The notes beneath the pieces are model-generated. The model had not been told where the DNA came from, ran no database searches, and saw only the letters and a program-made list of their open reading frames with translations. Positions 21,564-32,164 of a stretch of DNA of 64,000 bases are shown one piece after another. The DNA is from Dehalococcoidia bacterium. Its GTDB lineage: Bacteria; Chloroflexota; Dehalococcoidia; Bin125. Location: the NCBI GenBank assembly GCA_963663235.2, contig CAXXNO010000004.1:886830-950829 (forward strand). Reading direction: 5' to 3'. The stretch's first letter is position 1, and each line of letters begins with the position of its first letter. The position numbers and the translations under genes were made by a program.

Positions 21564-22763
21564 ATGAACGACATCGAGCGGGTGCGAGGGTGGTTCGACT
21601 CGGGCGCGTTGCTGCGCCCGGCGACAGCCGTGCCGAACAGCGTGGACCTTGCGCGCGCACTGGCCCACCTGGCGGGCGCTCCCGACATCGAGCGAGGGCC
21701 GGGCGTGAAGCGGATCATCGACGCGATCGGACCGTCGGAGCACTACGCCTTCATACTCATCGACGGATTGGGGCTACGGTTCCTGGAAGCAACGCCGGCG
21801 GCGGCGTTCATGCGCGAGCACGCGGCCCTAGAACTGCAATCGGTCTTTCCCGCGGCCACGGCGGCGGCGTTGACCTCCCTAGCGACGGGTCTCTGGCCGG
21901 CCCAGCACGGCGTGCCGGCCTGGTGGACGCATCTTCCCGAGCACGACCTCACTGCGACGATGCTCCCGTTCGTGGAGCGGTTCAGCCAGCGTCCGCTGGG
22001 CGCGCTCGGCGTCACGACCGGCGACGCGTTCGCCGCGCCGTCGCTGCCGGCGCGCTACCGCTACACCGTGCGGTCGTTCTTGCCCCGGTCCATCGTGGAT
22101 AGCGTCTACTCCAAATACGCCCGCGGGGGCACGCCGGCCACCGGGTACTCCAGCTTCGCCAAAAGCATCCGGGCCATGGCAAGGCACATCACCACCGCCG
22201 CGCCGCCCAGCTTCACGTACCTCTACAGCCCGATGGTCGACACCGTCGCGCACCGCGACGGACCCGACGCCCCCTCGGTGCGAGCGGCCGTGCGGGAGGT
22301 CGATCGCGAACTGGAGCGGCTGGCGGGCGCGGTCCAGGGGCGGGCGCGCATTGTGGTCAGCACCGACCACGGCTTCGTCGCCGTGCCGGAGAGCGCCAAG
22401 CACATCGTCCAGCCGGGCGACGCACTGCTGGAGCTGCTCGCCGTGCCGCCATCGGGCGAGCCGCGCGTGCCTTTCTTCCACGTCCGCTCCGGCCACGGCG
22501 AACGGTTCCGCGAGCACTTTCGAGCACGCTACGGTGAGCGGCTGGCGCTGCTGAGCATCGACGAGGCGGAGGAGCTCGCGCTCTTCGGACCCGGGCCGCT
22601 GCGTGCCGTCACACGACGCCGGATCGGCGACTTCCTAGCGCTGAGCCCAGAGCCGGACGTGCTGGTCTACCAAGCGGAAGGCGGAGCGGACGCGCGGGCT
22701 CCCCTGGGCCACCACGGCGGCCTGAGGCCGGACGAAGCGCGGATCCCGCTGATCGTCGCCTGA
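21564..22763 (+). CDS. Alkaline phosphatase superfamily / nucleotide pyrophosphatase-phosphodiesterase
   Basis: LIDGLG, SVFPAATAAALTS..TG, DTVAH, STDHG, GHHGG. Confidence 0.88.
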   Translation: MNDIERVRGWFDSGALLRPATAVPNSVDLARALAHLAGAPDIERGPGVKRIIDAIGPSEHYAFILIDGLGLRFLEATPAAAFMREHAALELQSVFPAATAAALTSLATGLWPAQHGVPAWWTHLPEHDLTATMLPFVERFSQRPLGALGVTTGDAFAAPSLPARYRYTVRSFLPRSIVDSVYSKYARGGTPATGYSSFAKSIRAMARHITTAAPPSFTYLYSPMVDTVAHRDGPDAPSVRAAVREVDRELERLAGAVQGRARIVVSTDHGFVAVPESAKHIVQPGDALLELLAVPPSGEPRVPFFHVRSGHGERFREHFRARYGERLALLSIDEAEELALFGPGPLRAVTRRRIGDFLALSPEPDVLVYQAEGGADARAPLGHHGGLRPDEARIPLIVA

Positions 22764-22806
22764 GCGCCGAGGCACCGCGCCAGTCGCCGGCTGCGAGGCG
22801 GAGCGG

Positions 22807-23745
22807 TCAGCCCGCCGTGACCTGGGCGCCGTGCACCGCCGGCAGGACCTCCTCGATGAGGCGCTGCGTCTGCGTGAAGATGTCCCGGTCGCCCTCGCCG
22901 ATGGGGCGGAGGACGAACTTGGAGACGCCGGCCGCGAGGTATTCGTGGACGCGGCCGGCGATGGCGTCGGCGTCGCCGACGGCAAAGTAGTTCCGTGGCT
23001 CCAAGTCGACGCCCTGACGCGTGTAGCCGGCGACGGTCTGTTGTACGGCGGGCTCGTCCCAGTCGCCGAAGCGGAAGGGGAAGCTGGCGCCGTAGTGGTC
23101 GTCATCGATAGTGCGGCCCGCCTCGGCGGCGGCGACCTTGATGGCCGCCACCACGCGAGCCGACTGCTCGGGCGTGTGCAGGCCGCCGAGCCAGCCGTTG
23201 CCAAGCCGCGCCGTGCGCCGGATCGCCGCCTCGCTTGCGCCGCCGATCCAGAGAGGGAGCGGCTGCTGAACCGGCCGCGGGGAGATGGCCGCGTCGGTGT
23301 ACTGGTAGTACTTGCCGTGGAAGGTCACCCGCTCTTCGGACCAGAGCCGGGTCATCAGCTCCAGCGCTTCGTTCGCCTGCGCTCCGCGACCCTTCGTCGA
23401 GCGACCGGTGGCCAGCCACTCCGGCGCCGCCTCGCCGCCCACGCCGAAGGCGGGGAGCATGCGGCCGTTGCTGAGGAAGTCGATGGTCGCGCACTGTTTG
23501 GCGAGCACGAGCGGGTCGCGAAAAGTGACGACCACGACGTTCATGCCGAACTTGAGCCGCTCGGTGCCGCCGGCGAGCGCGGCCATGACGCTCATCGATT
23601 CGAGGAACGGCTCGTCGGAGACGAGGCGGTCCGTCTGCCAGATCGAATCGATGTCGCTCTCTTCGCAGAGATCGACCCAGCGCCAGAACGTGCGCACGTC
23701 CGAGAAAGGGAAGGTCACCAAGTTCAGACCGATGCGGACGCTCAT
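22807..23745 (-). CDS. LLM class flavin-dependent oxidoreductase
   Basis: RDPLVLAKQCATID.LSNGR, FHGKYY, PRPVQQP.PLWIGG. Confidence 0.92.
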   Translation of the reverse strand: MSVRIGLNLVTFPFSDVRTFWRWVDLCEESDIDSIWQTDRLVSDEPFLESMSVMAALAGGTERLKFGMNVVVVTFRDPLVLAKQCATIDFLSNGRMLPAFGVGGEAAPEWLATGRSTKGRGAQANEALELMTRLWSEERVTFHGKYYQYTDAAISPRPVQQPLPLWIGGASEAAIRRTARLGNGWLGGLHTPEQSARVVAAIKVAAAEAGRTIDDDHYGASFPFRFGDWDEPAVQQTVAGYTRQGVDLEPRNYFAVGDADAIAGRVHEYLAAGVSKFVLRPIGEGDRDIFTQTQRLIEEVLPAVHGAQVTAG

Positions 23746-23822
23746 TCGTCTCCTCCACTCGCCCTCAGCGCCAATGCTGGCACAACCTTATCGGATCAGG
23801 AAGCGGCCGGCGGCCCGCCGTC

Positions 23823-26031
23823 CTACGACGGGAGGCGCAGCGTGACCAGGACGGTATCGGGCGCGCTGTCGAGCTCGCCGTCGTGGACGACGAGCCGGAA
23901 GACCAGCGTCGTGTCCTCCGTCACCGCCGGGGCAGTGAAGGCCGGGTCCGGGCCGGCGGCGTCCGAGAGCGTGACGGTGGGGCCGGCGGTCTGGGTCCAG
24001 GCGTAGGTCAGGGCATCGCCGTCGGGGTCGGCGGAGAGCGCGCCCGTGAGGGCCACGGATGCGCCGGGGCCGACCTCTTGATCCGGGCCGGCGTCCGCCG
24101 CGGGCTGGTGGTTGGGCCCGAGGCGGGAGGCCGCGTCGCCGAAGACCTGGAGCTCGGCCACAGAGATGAAATCGGCGAAGCCGCCCGGAGCGCCGTGGAG
24201 GCGGATGCCGTCGCCCAGGACAGGGTCGAAGGAGAGCACGTAGGTCTGGAAGGAGGCGCCCGGCTCGCCGGGGTAGGCGGGGCTGACGGAGAGGCCGGTG
24301 ACCTCGGTCCAGAGGCCGTCGCGGCGGACGTGGACCGTCAGGCTGTCGAACCAGCCGCCGTCCCAGAAGTACAATCCCTCCTGGAACACCAAACGGGTGA
24401 AAGAGTGATCAGCAGCATAGACGTAGCCGATCCAATCCTCGCCGGCGGCGTCGAAGCCGTCATAGGAGTCGTACTGGCGGGCGGCGTCGGCGCTGCCGAC
24501 GGGCGGGCGGGCGGTCGCCGTCGCGGATGCGCTCGATGTCGACTTCGACGCTGCTCCGCGGCTGCGTTACGCGGGCGGTGACGGCACCGAGGGCGGTCAG
24601 GTCGAGTCCCCTGCCGACGAGCACGGTCACAGCAACGATCGCTGGGGCGCTGGGCTGCTCGCCGTCATCGACGACGAGACGGAACGTCAGCGCGGTGTCC
24701 TGCGTCACGAGGGGCGCGGTGAAGCTCGGGCGCGGAGTCGAAGCGCCGGAGAGGGTCACCGAAGGGCCGCCGGCCTGGGTCCAGGCATAGGTCAGCGGGT
24801 TAGCGTTGGGGCCGGTGGAGGCGCGGGCGTCGAGGCGCACCGTGTCGCCGGAGAGGACCGACTGATCGGGGCCAGCGTCGGCGTCGGGCGCAGCGGACAG
24901 GTCGACGGCGGCGGTGAAGACGCGCGCGGCGATCTTGCCCTGCGGGCTGAACTCCGCGGTGCAGCCATCGCCGGCCGCGTCCGGCATCCAGGCCCACCAG
25001 AGCAGGCCGCGGAACCAGGGCACGTCTCGCCAGACGTCGAGCGTGGCGCTGTAGGCCCGCGCCTGGAGCGCCTCATCGGCCGGGCCGTCGAGGCGCCCGC
25101 AGTCATAGGGCGCAGCAGCGGAGCCGACGACGCTGCGCAGCCCGACCTCCGTGAGGAGCACCTCCTTGCCCCAAGCGCTGCGGACGGCGTCGATCTCGGC
25201 GAGCCAGTCGTGCGCGCCGCCGATGCCGTCGGGCGGCCCGGCGCTGCCGGTGAAGGAAGTCCAGGCGTCGCGGAGGGAGTCCAGGCCGGGGTCGCCGTCG
25301 AGGCTGAGGGGGAAGTAGGCATCGATGCCGATGTAATCGAGGGCGTCCCAGAAATCGACGGCGGCATACTCGTCCCAGTTGGCCGCGTAGGTCAAGGGAC
25401 CATCGAAATCGGCGCGCACGGCGGCGATCACCGCGGCCCAGTCGTCGGTGAAGGGGGACATCGAGACGAACTCCGTCCCGACGATGAAGAGGTCAACGCC
25501 GTGGGTTTGGGCGAGGCGGGCGTAGTGGGTAATGAAGTCGGTGTAGGCGCTGAACCAGGCGGCGGGATCGGCCGGCTGGATCGAGCCGCGAAAGCACGCC
25601 GGGGCGCCGAGGAGATCGACATGCGGCTTGAGCACGACGGCCAGTCCTTGGCCGCGCGCTGTCTCGATCGCGTGGGCGACCGCGTCGTCTGAGGGCGTCA
25701 GCGTCGTGGAGGGGAAGATGTCGTTGTCGGTGCAGGCCGCCATGTAGTGCGTCACGACGATGGAGACGGCGTTGGCCCCGGTGTCGCGCAGCGCGGCAAG
25801 GGAGGCGTCCGACGTCTCGCCCGCGTATTCATCGCGGAGCCAGGAGGGGAAATTGAAGCCGAGGTAGGGATCGGCCGCCGTCTCCTGAGGTGTCTGCGCG
25901 CCCGCGAAGGGAGAGAGCGTCGCGGTGGCGGCGGCGCCCAGCGCGGCGAGCAGGACGAAGGCAGCGAGGGCGGCGGCCCAGGGCCGCCCGCGCAGTCGTC
26001 CGAGGTTCGGCGTCCTACCGGCGATGCTCAC
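23823..26031 (-). pseudogene. Secreted GH113-like glycoside hydrolase with two PKD-like domains, frameshifted at a GGGC repeat (24501-24514)
   Basis: Signal peptide, LKPHVD, GTEF, TYAANWDEY, IGIDAYFPL, TEVG; two ADAGPDQ...YAWTQ domains; removing one 4-bp unit joins ORF 24460-26031 to ORF 23823-24392. Confidence 0.8.
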
Positions 26032-26187
26032 CCTTCCATCCTGAGCCGCCCTGGGACCAGGGTAAACCGGCCGGTAGCGGATCGATGGGTGATGCTAGAT
26101 TCGGCGGCGGGACGGTCGTGTGCACCTGGGCGCGCCTGGACAGACCTGGGCGGGCCGCGGCGGGCGGAGCGGCGAAGGGAGAGGGCC

Positions 26188-26670
26188 GTGCCAGATATGC
26201 AACCGCCGGAGCAGATCACGCCGACATCGGCGGGGGATTACCTAGAAGTGATGAGCAAGGCGGTGTTCCAGAGCGGCATGTCGTGGAAGGTGGTCGAGGC
26301 GAAGTGGCCCAGCACGCGGGAAGCGTTCCGCGACTTCGACGCCAGCGCCATCGCCGCGATGACGCCGGGGGACATCGACCAGCTGGCGCAGGACACCCGG
26401 GTCATCCGCAACCGGCGCAAGCTGGAGGCGGTGGCCGGGAACGCGCAGCGGCTGCTGGAACTGGAGGCGGAGCACGGGTCGGTGCGCAACTACCTGCGCT
26501 CCCACGCGGACTTCGAGGCCACCGTGGCCTCACTGCGCAAGGAGTTCAAGTTCCTGGGGGAGATGGGCTGCTACTACTGCCTCTACGTCGTCGGGGAAGA
26601 TGTGCCGCCGCACGAGGAGTGGGAAGCGTCGCGCCAGCGCTCGGGGCGGCGCAAGGGGAGGCGCGCCTAG
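26188..26670 (+). CDS. DNA-3-methyladenine glycosylase I-like protein
   Basis: VFQSGMSW..V..KW...REAF..FD, IRNRRKL, LRKEFKFLG. Confidence 0.85.
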   Translation: MPDMQPPEQITPTSAGDYLEVMSKAVFQSGMSWKVVEAKWPSTREAFRDFDASAIAAMTPGDIDQLAQDTRVIRNRRKLEAVAGNAQRLLELEAEHGSVRNYLRSHADFEATVASLRKEFKFLGEMGCYYCLYVVGEDVPPHEEWEASRQRSGRRKGRRA

Positions 26671-26775
26671 ACGAGGTCCGGATCGCTCCGGGCGAAGCGG
26701 GGCGCCCGGGTGGGGCGCCCCGCCGGTCTCGCCACGTCGGCTACCTCCGTCCTCACAAGCGAGGATGGTTGGATT

Positions 26776-27558
26776 TCACGCCTGGTCACACCAGCCGGCG
26801 GCGAGGGCCAGCAGCTGCCCGTGGTCGGCCCGAATCTCGTCGATGATCGGCCGAGTTTCCGGCAGGGCGGAGCGGAACACAACGCCCTCGCGCCAATTCT
26901 GAGAATCTCCCAGAGCGCCCGTCCGTCGGGCAACGTCGGCCACCAGAGGAGCCAGCTCGGCGAACTCGAGCGGCACTTCCAGCGCCGCCAGGGCAGCCCC
27001 GCTGTCTGAGAGCCCCAGAGCCGCTACCAGATCATCCAAGTCGAATTCGTCCTGGAGTAAGAATTGCTCCAGGGTGGGATCCAACTCGTTAAACAGATCG
27101 GGATCGGCTTCGTAGCGCGCGGCGAGATCCTCGAGCGCCGTCAGGTGGCTTTCCGCCGCCGCGAAGATGCCTTCGTAGCTGCGCATGAAGGGGCTATCGA
27201 CCGGCGAAACACACGGAGGCGGCAGTTCGGTAATGGTGAGCCGCAGCGACTGCTGCACGCCAATCCAATAGATCTTTCCCTTTTCCAGTGTGGTGAAGTC
27301 GGAAAGGATCGCCAGCGCCGGTGGAGGGCGGAAGGTGCGCCACTGCTGTACCGGACTGTCCCAGTGGAACACCACCGAGTAGAGCCCGTCGATCGAGGTC
27401 AGCGCCTCGGTCACCGGCGCGGTTTCGCCCGTGTAGACGAACTCGGTCAGCCCGGGCTGTAGTTGCACCTCCGTATCCGCCGACGCCTCGGGCGCCCAAG
27501 CCAGAGTTGCGCCGACCGCCACGACTATCGCGGCCAATGCCGCAAGAATTCGGTACAT
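26776..27558 (-). CDS. Secreted hypothetical protein
   Basis: GGAGGGG RBS, Sec signal peptide ending ASA; N-terminal LQPG..EFVYTG...SIDG.YSVVFHWD module. Confidence 0.8.
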   Translation of the reverse strand: MYRILAALAAIVVAVGATLAWAPEASADTEVQLQPGLTEFVYTGETAPVTEALTSIDGLYSVVFHWDSPVQQWRTFRPPPALAILSDFTTLEKGKIYWIGVQQSLRLTITELPPPCVSPVDSPFMRSYEGIFAAAESHLTALEDLAARYEADPDLFNELDPTLEQFLLQDEFDLDDLVAALGLSDSGAALAALEVPLEFAELAPLVADVARRTGALGDSQNWREGVVFRSALPETRPIIDEIRADHGQLLALAAGWCDQA

Positions 27559-27878
27559 CGTTCCCCTCCCATTTCTCGTATATGAAACCGACGATGCAGT
27601 GGTGACGCGTCTCTCCCGTGCTGACGCGCTGTCGCCCCGCCCCAGAGACGGCGAAGCGTAGCGAATATGACTGTCACTGCAACATTGTGTTGCTCTTCAC
27701 ATCTATTCGCCGGTAAGCCCCGCTGGCACTTCCCGGCGGGAGCTTGCCGTGCCATGCGTCACCACGCTGCCATGGCGGGTTCTGCGACTCGCGCTGGAAG
27801 GAGGGCTCCGCCGCGGCGGGTGGAGCCCGATGGGAGATGACTTCACTAGTTGCGTCTTGGCCGACTGCGTCCCGGTAG

Positions 27879-27980
27879 TGACCTGCCCCCCCAGAACCGG
27901 TCCAGATCCGGGTGCGAGGATTCGCCCCGCCGGTGCGAAGGGACGTCGGCTATGGCACGTCCTAAGCGGTACGCGAGCCG
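27879..27980 (+). mobile_element. IS3 left-end fragment (IRL plus start of orfA), indel-ridden
   Basis: TGACCTGCCCCCCCAGAACCGGTCCAGATCC is identical to the IS left ends at 48056 and 62939. Confidence 0.85.
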
Positions 27981-28804
27981 ATGGTTGGCTTTCACGCCTG
28001 GTCACACCTGCGGGAGGCGGAGGGCCAGCAGCTCGCGCGTGGTCGGCCCGAATCTCGTCGATGTCCGGTCGCGCTTCCGGAATCTCGAAGCGGAACACAA
28101 TGCCCTCGAGCCAATTCAGAGACTCTACCAGAGCGCCCGCCCGGCGGGCAACATCGGCCAGCAGAGGAGCCAGCTCCGCGAAGTCGGTCGGCACTTCCAG
28201 CGCCGCAAGCGGCTGCCCCGAACGTCCGTGAGCCCCACCGCCGCTACCAAAGTATCCATGTCGAATTCGAAGCGGACCATGAATGGCTCGATCAGTGCGA
28301 TCCGCCAACGCGATACAGTGCGGGATCGGCCTCGTAGCGGGCGGCGAAACTTCTCGAGCCGCGGCCAGGCGGCCCTCCGCCGCCGCGAACATGCCTTCGT
28401 AGCTGCGCACGGACCCGCTATCGACCGGTGACACGCACGGAGCGGCGGTGCCGGCACCGGCTCGACAATCGTGCCAGGCGCAGGGACTGACCCAGCGACG
28501 ATCCAGTAGATCTTCCCGGCCGTCCAGCGCGGATGCAGGCCGGCGCTGATCGCGGGCGCAGGCGGTCGACGGCTGGTCCGCCACCGCTGCGGCCGTGACA
28601 TCCCAGTGGAAGACCTCCGAGTAGAGCCCGTCGATCCCGGTCAGCGGCTGCTGCACAGGCGCCGGCTCACCCGGGTAGACGACCCATTCAAGCCGGGTCG
28701 CAGCGGCGCTTGGCTGTCAGGAAGCGCTGGCGCCGGTCCCCGAATAGCACGAGACTCAGCGCCACCACAGCAATTCCAATCAGTGGGCCGATACGGCGCA
28801 TCAT
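27980..28804 (-). pseudogene. Frameshifted paralog of the 26776-27558 secreted protein
   Basis: Collinear DNA similarity to about 26763-27460 (IDGLYSEVFHWD, PCVSPVDS, ALEVP.FAELAPL) with many indels and a different signal peptide. Confidence 0.8.
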
Positions 28805-29474
28805 CGATTCTCCTTTCGCGGCCGGCTCAGCCGGAGTGGCCGGAATCGGCGGGCCGCATGCTTGGCTCTTGTCCCACGTGCTGGTTCCGCGCGACTTCGT
28901 CTTCGACGCGGCACCGCCGATGGGCGCCCGGTGCGAACGATCCATCTGGGGCCGCGTCGTGTGATGCGTTGAATCCAGCGGTCGCGAGGGCCTGCCGTCG
29001 GCGACGTCGCAGGCGCGCCGAGTGGGACGCCGGCAGCGACCGCCGCAGCCTGGCGCGGTTGCGCCCAGCTAGACCTCGTCGGATACGCGAACGGGCGCGC
29101 CGACGCTAATCAAATGTCGGTCCATCAACGGTGCGCGGTTTCGCGCCCACGATCTCGCCACGATGGGTCAGTCGTCCTCCGGCCGATGACTGGTCTGCAC
29201 CTACGCAGCAGCGCCCCGGGGAGCGATCGTCACACCGTCTTCGATCAGAGGGAAGTACAACGGGCAGGCCTATCCCGAGGCGGATACGGCTGTCTGAGGG
29301 ACGATCGCGGCAACGGGGCTATTGCGATGAAGATCTGACTGAAGTGCTCAGGTGCAAATCGGAACGACAGCACGGCTTCGACACCCACTGCTGGTAAGCC
29401 CCAGATGCCTGCGGCATGTGCGGCGCTGACTGCGGGCCCGGCGCCACGGTTTGACAGGACCACGATCCGCTCCG

Positions 29475-30170
29475 ATGTCAGATGCCGTGCCGCAGGCAAG
29501 CGTCTCCCTCTGTCCCCACTGCCAGGGCCCGCCGGGGACCGGGCGCTTCTGCCTCACCTGCGGTGTCCTTCGGCGTGTTCTGGACACCGACCTGCAGCTG
29601 GCTTCTCACTGGCGATCGCTTGACTCGGCTTAACGACTGGTGGACGCGCAACTGATCGTGGGGCCAGCGCTCGTCCTCCTCTTCGGCCTTGTGGTGCTCC
29701 TCCTCTCACAGCTTTCTCGTAGCGGATTTTATCAATCACTGGCGGTGCTGCTGCTGCTCGTGGTGGGTACGTGGGTCGGCTGGCTGGTCTGGCTCGCGAT
29801 CGTGGCACGGCGGTCGCAGTCACCCGGCAAGTGGCTCCTGGGCATGTACATCCTGCGCGGAGACGGCACGCCCGCCTCCGCCAAACGGGTTTGGTTGCGC
29901 GAGGTCGTGATGAAGTGGCTGCTCTTCGGCGCGGCTGGTTGGTTGCTCGGGGGCGTGGGCGGCCTGGTCTTGGTCGCCGACGGTCTCTGGATCTTCGGGA
30001 ACCTAGACCGACAGACGCTGCACGACAAGCTGGCCGACACCATCGTGGTCTCGTCGCCGGGGGGCTTGGTGGCGGTCCAGCTCCTGCAAATCGAGGGCTT
30101 GCGCGACGAAGGGCTAATCACCCAATACGAATACGAGGAGCGTCGCTCGCGCCTGATGCGCCGCATGTAG
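29475..30170 (+). pseudogene. Zinc-ribbon + RDD + SHOCT-like protein, frameshifted near 29615-29640
   Basis: CPHC..FCLTCG then ASHWR in one frame; LVD...QSPGKWLLG...RQTLHDKLADT and LRDEGLITQYEYEERR in another frame. Confidence 0.75.
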
Positions 30171-30204
30171 GGCGCACCCCAGCGCGGATGCAGCCGCCGT
30201 CCGC

Positions 30205-30852
30205 TTAGCCGAGGAGGCCCACCTGCGCCGCGAAGGCGGCGGCCTCGGTGCGACGGTTCATCCCGAGCCGGTCCAGAATGTGGCTGACATGGTTGCGGGC
30301 GGTGGCATCGGCGATCACCAGGCGATCGGCGATCTGCTTGTTGGTGAGGCCCTGGGCGACGAGCGTCAGGACCTCGCGCTCCCGCGGGGACAGCACGGCG
30401 ATGCGTTCATCCTCCGCCTTGGCGGCCAGCTCCACGAGCTTCTCCGTCACGCCGGCGGTCACCGCCGGATCCAGCAGCGACTCACCAGCGGCGACGGAGC
30501 GCACGGCGCGGAGCAGGTCATCGCGGCCGGTGTTCTTGAGCAAGAAGCCGGAAGCGCCGGCCATGAGGGAGGCGAGCACCGCCTCCTCGGCGCCGAACGA
30601 GGTGAGCATCAAGACGCCGACGTTCGGCATCTCGCTCTTGATCTTGCGGCAGGCCTGAATCCCATCGGTGGGGCCCATGCGCACATCCATGAGGACGACC
30701 TGGGGCGTGGTGGCTTGGGCCTCCCGGAGGGCGGCGTCGCCGTCGGCGGCTTCGCCGACGACGTTGATGTCGGGCTCCATTTCGAGCAGCGTGCGCAAGC
30801 CGACACGCACGACCTCATGGTCATCGACCAGCAGTACGCGGATGCGAGCCAT
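30205..30852 (-). CDS. NarL/LuxR-family response regulator
   Basis: LLVDDHEVVR, LMDVRM, GASGFLLK, LSPREREVL..VAQG.TNKQIA. Confidence 0.95.
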   Translation of the reverse strand: MARIRVLLVDDHEVVRVGLRTLLEMEPDINVVGEAADGDAALREAQATTPQVVLMDVRMGPTDGIQACRKIKSEMPNVGVLMLTSFGAEEAVLASLMAGASGFLLKNTGRDDLLRAVRSVAAGESLLDPAVTAGVTEKLVELAAKAEDERIAVLSPREREVLTLVAQGLTNKQIADRLVIADATARNHVSHILDRLGMNRRTEAAAFAAQVGLLG

Positions 30853-32038
30853 CAACGTCCTCCCCACTGGGAATGGTGACGGTCAGCCGAGTGCCGTTCC
30901 CATTGGACGATTCTATAGAGAAGCGGCCGCCGAAGCGGGCCGCCCGCTCCTCCATGTTGGTCAAGCCGTGGCCGCGTCCGGCAGGCGCGTGGACGTCGAA
31001 GCCGATGCCGTTGTCGACGATTTGGAGGGTGGCGGCGTCCGGACCCCAGCGGAGGGCGATCGTCGCCTCGGTCGCCTGGGCGTGCTTGTAGACGTTGGCC
31101 AGCCCCTCCTGGACGACCCGGTAGATCTGGGCGATCGATTCCGGGGACAGGCTGAGGGGCTCGCCGTCGACGGTGACGCTCACCGGGACGCCGGTAACCG
31201 CCGAGAACTCCTGGGCCTGCGTCCGCAGCCGGTCCGCCAGGCGGCGGTCGCCCAGCATGACCGGCTGCAGGCTGGTGAGCAGCCCGCGCGTTTCGATGAG
31301 CGTCTCCTTGGCGAGCCGCACCATGGCGCCGATCCGCTCGGCGCGGCGCGCCTTCTCCGCCGGCTGGTTCTCCAGATCCGCCAGCGCTTCCAGGTTCATG
31401 GCGAGCATGTAGACGTTCTGGGAGACGCCGTCGTGGATCTCCTGCTGGATGCGCTCCCGCTCGGCGTTGGCGGCGCGTTCCGCGGCGACGGCACGGGCGC
31501 GGCGCTCGCGATCGATGCGGACGACGAGGTTGCCGATGATGACCGTGGCGATCATCGTCAGAAGGCGCAGGAGGATGCCCTTCACGTCGCTGGGTTCGTC
31601 CGCATCGAAGGCGGAGTGTGTGAGGACGCCGATGAAGCCGTAGGCCAGCATCGTGGCGGCGGCGTAGGAGAAGCTCAAGCGGCCGGGGAAGACCAGAGTG
31701 AAGGCGAGCAGCGCCGGGTAGTAGAGGACGAAGTTCGGGTTATCGAAGCCGTAGACGAGAAGGATGGCCCCGGTGAGCCCGACGAGGTCGTAGGCGCTGG
31801 CGAACAACGGCAGGCCGAGGGCGACGGGGCGGTTGCGCCACATGAGCCAGTGGAGGTCCGCGTTAATCAGCGTGGCGAGGATGAGGATGGCGTTCAGGCC
31901 GACGAAGTCGGAGGTCGTGGTGCCGGGGCTGTAGTTGACCACGACGAAGGTGGCGGCGAGCAGGAGCCAGCGCATCACGATGAGGATGCGCAGGCGCGCC
32001 TGTTGTTCGGCATCCAGCGGCGCGAGCAAACGCCTCAT
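30821..32038 (-). CDS. Membrane sensor histidine kinase (HisKA_3)
   Basis: N-terminal transmembrane segments, ERERIQQEIHDGVSQ, QEGLANVYKHA, DNGIGF, GHGL.NM.ERA. Confidence 0.93.
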   Translation of the reverse strand: MRRLLAPLDAEQQARLRILIVMRWLLLAATFVVVNYSPGTTTSDFVGLNAILILATLINADLHWLMWRNRPVALGLPLFASAYDLVGLTGAILLVYGFDNPNFVLYYPALLAFTLVFPGRLSFSYAAATMLAYGFIGVLTHSAFDADEPSDVKGILLRLLTMIATVIIGNLVVRIDRERRARAVAAERAANAERERIQQEIHDGVSQNVYMLAMNLEALADLENQPAEKARRAERIGAMVRLAKETLIETRGLLTSLQPVMLGDRRLADRLRTQAQEFSAVTGVPVSVTVDGEPLSLSPESIAQIYRVVQEGLANVYKHAQATEATIALRWGPDAATLQIVDNGIGFDVHAPAGRGHGLTNMEERAARFGGRFSIESSNGNGTRLTVTIPSGEDVDGSHPRTAGR

Positions 32039-32164
32039 TTGCCGGCATCATACTCGCCCGCCCGAGTCCCAGGCGGCCGTCCGGCACCAGGTCATCGTTG
32101 GCATGATCGGCCGCGCCTCGCCACAATAATCACCGCAGACGTGACGACGGTGGGCGGCGATCGC

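Noticed and set aside
30668-32164. 881-aa ORF as a single protein
   Set aside because: The first ~500 codons are antisense to the kinase and regulator genes; only 32165-33313 is a real hydrolase
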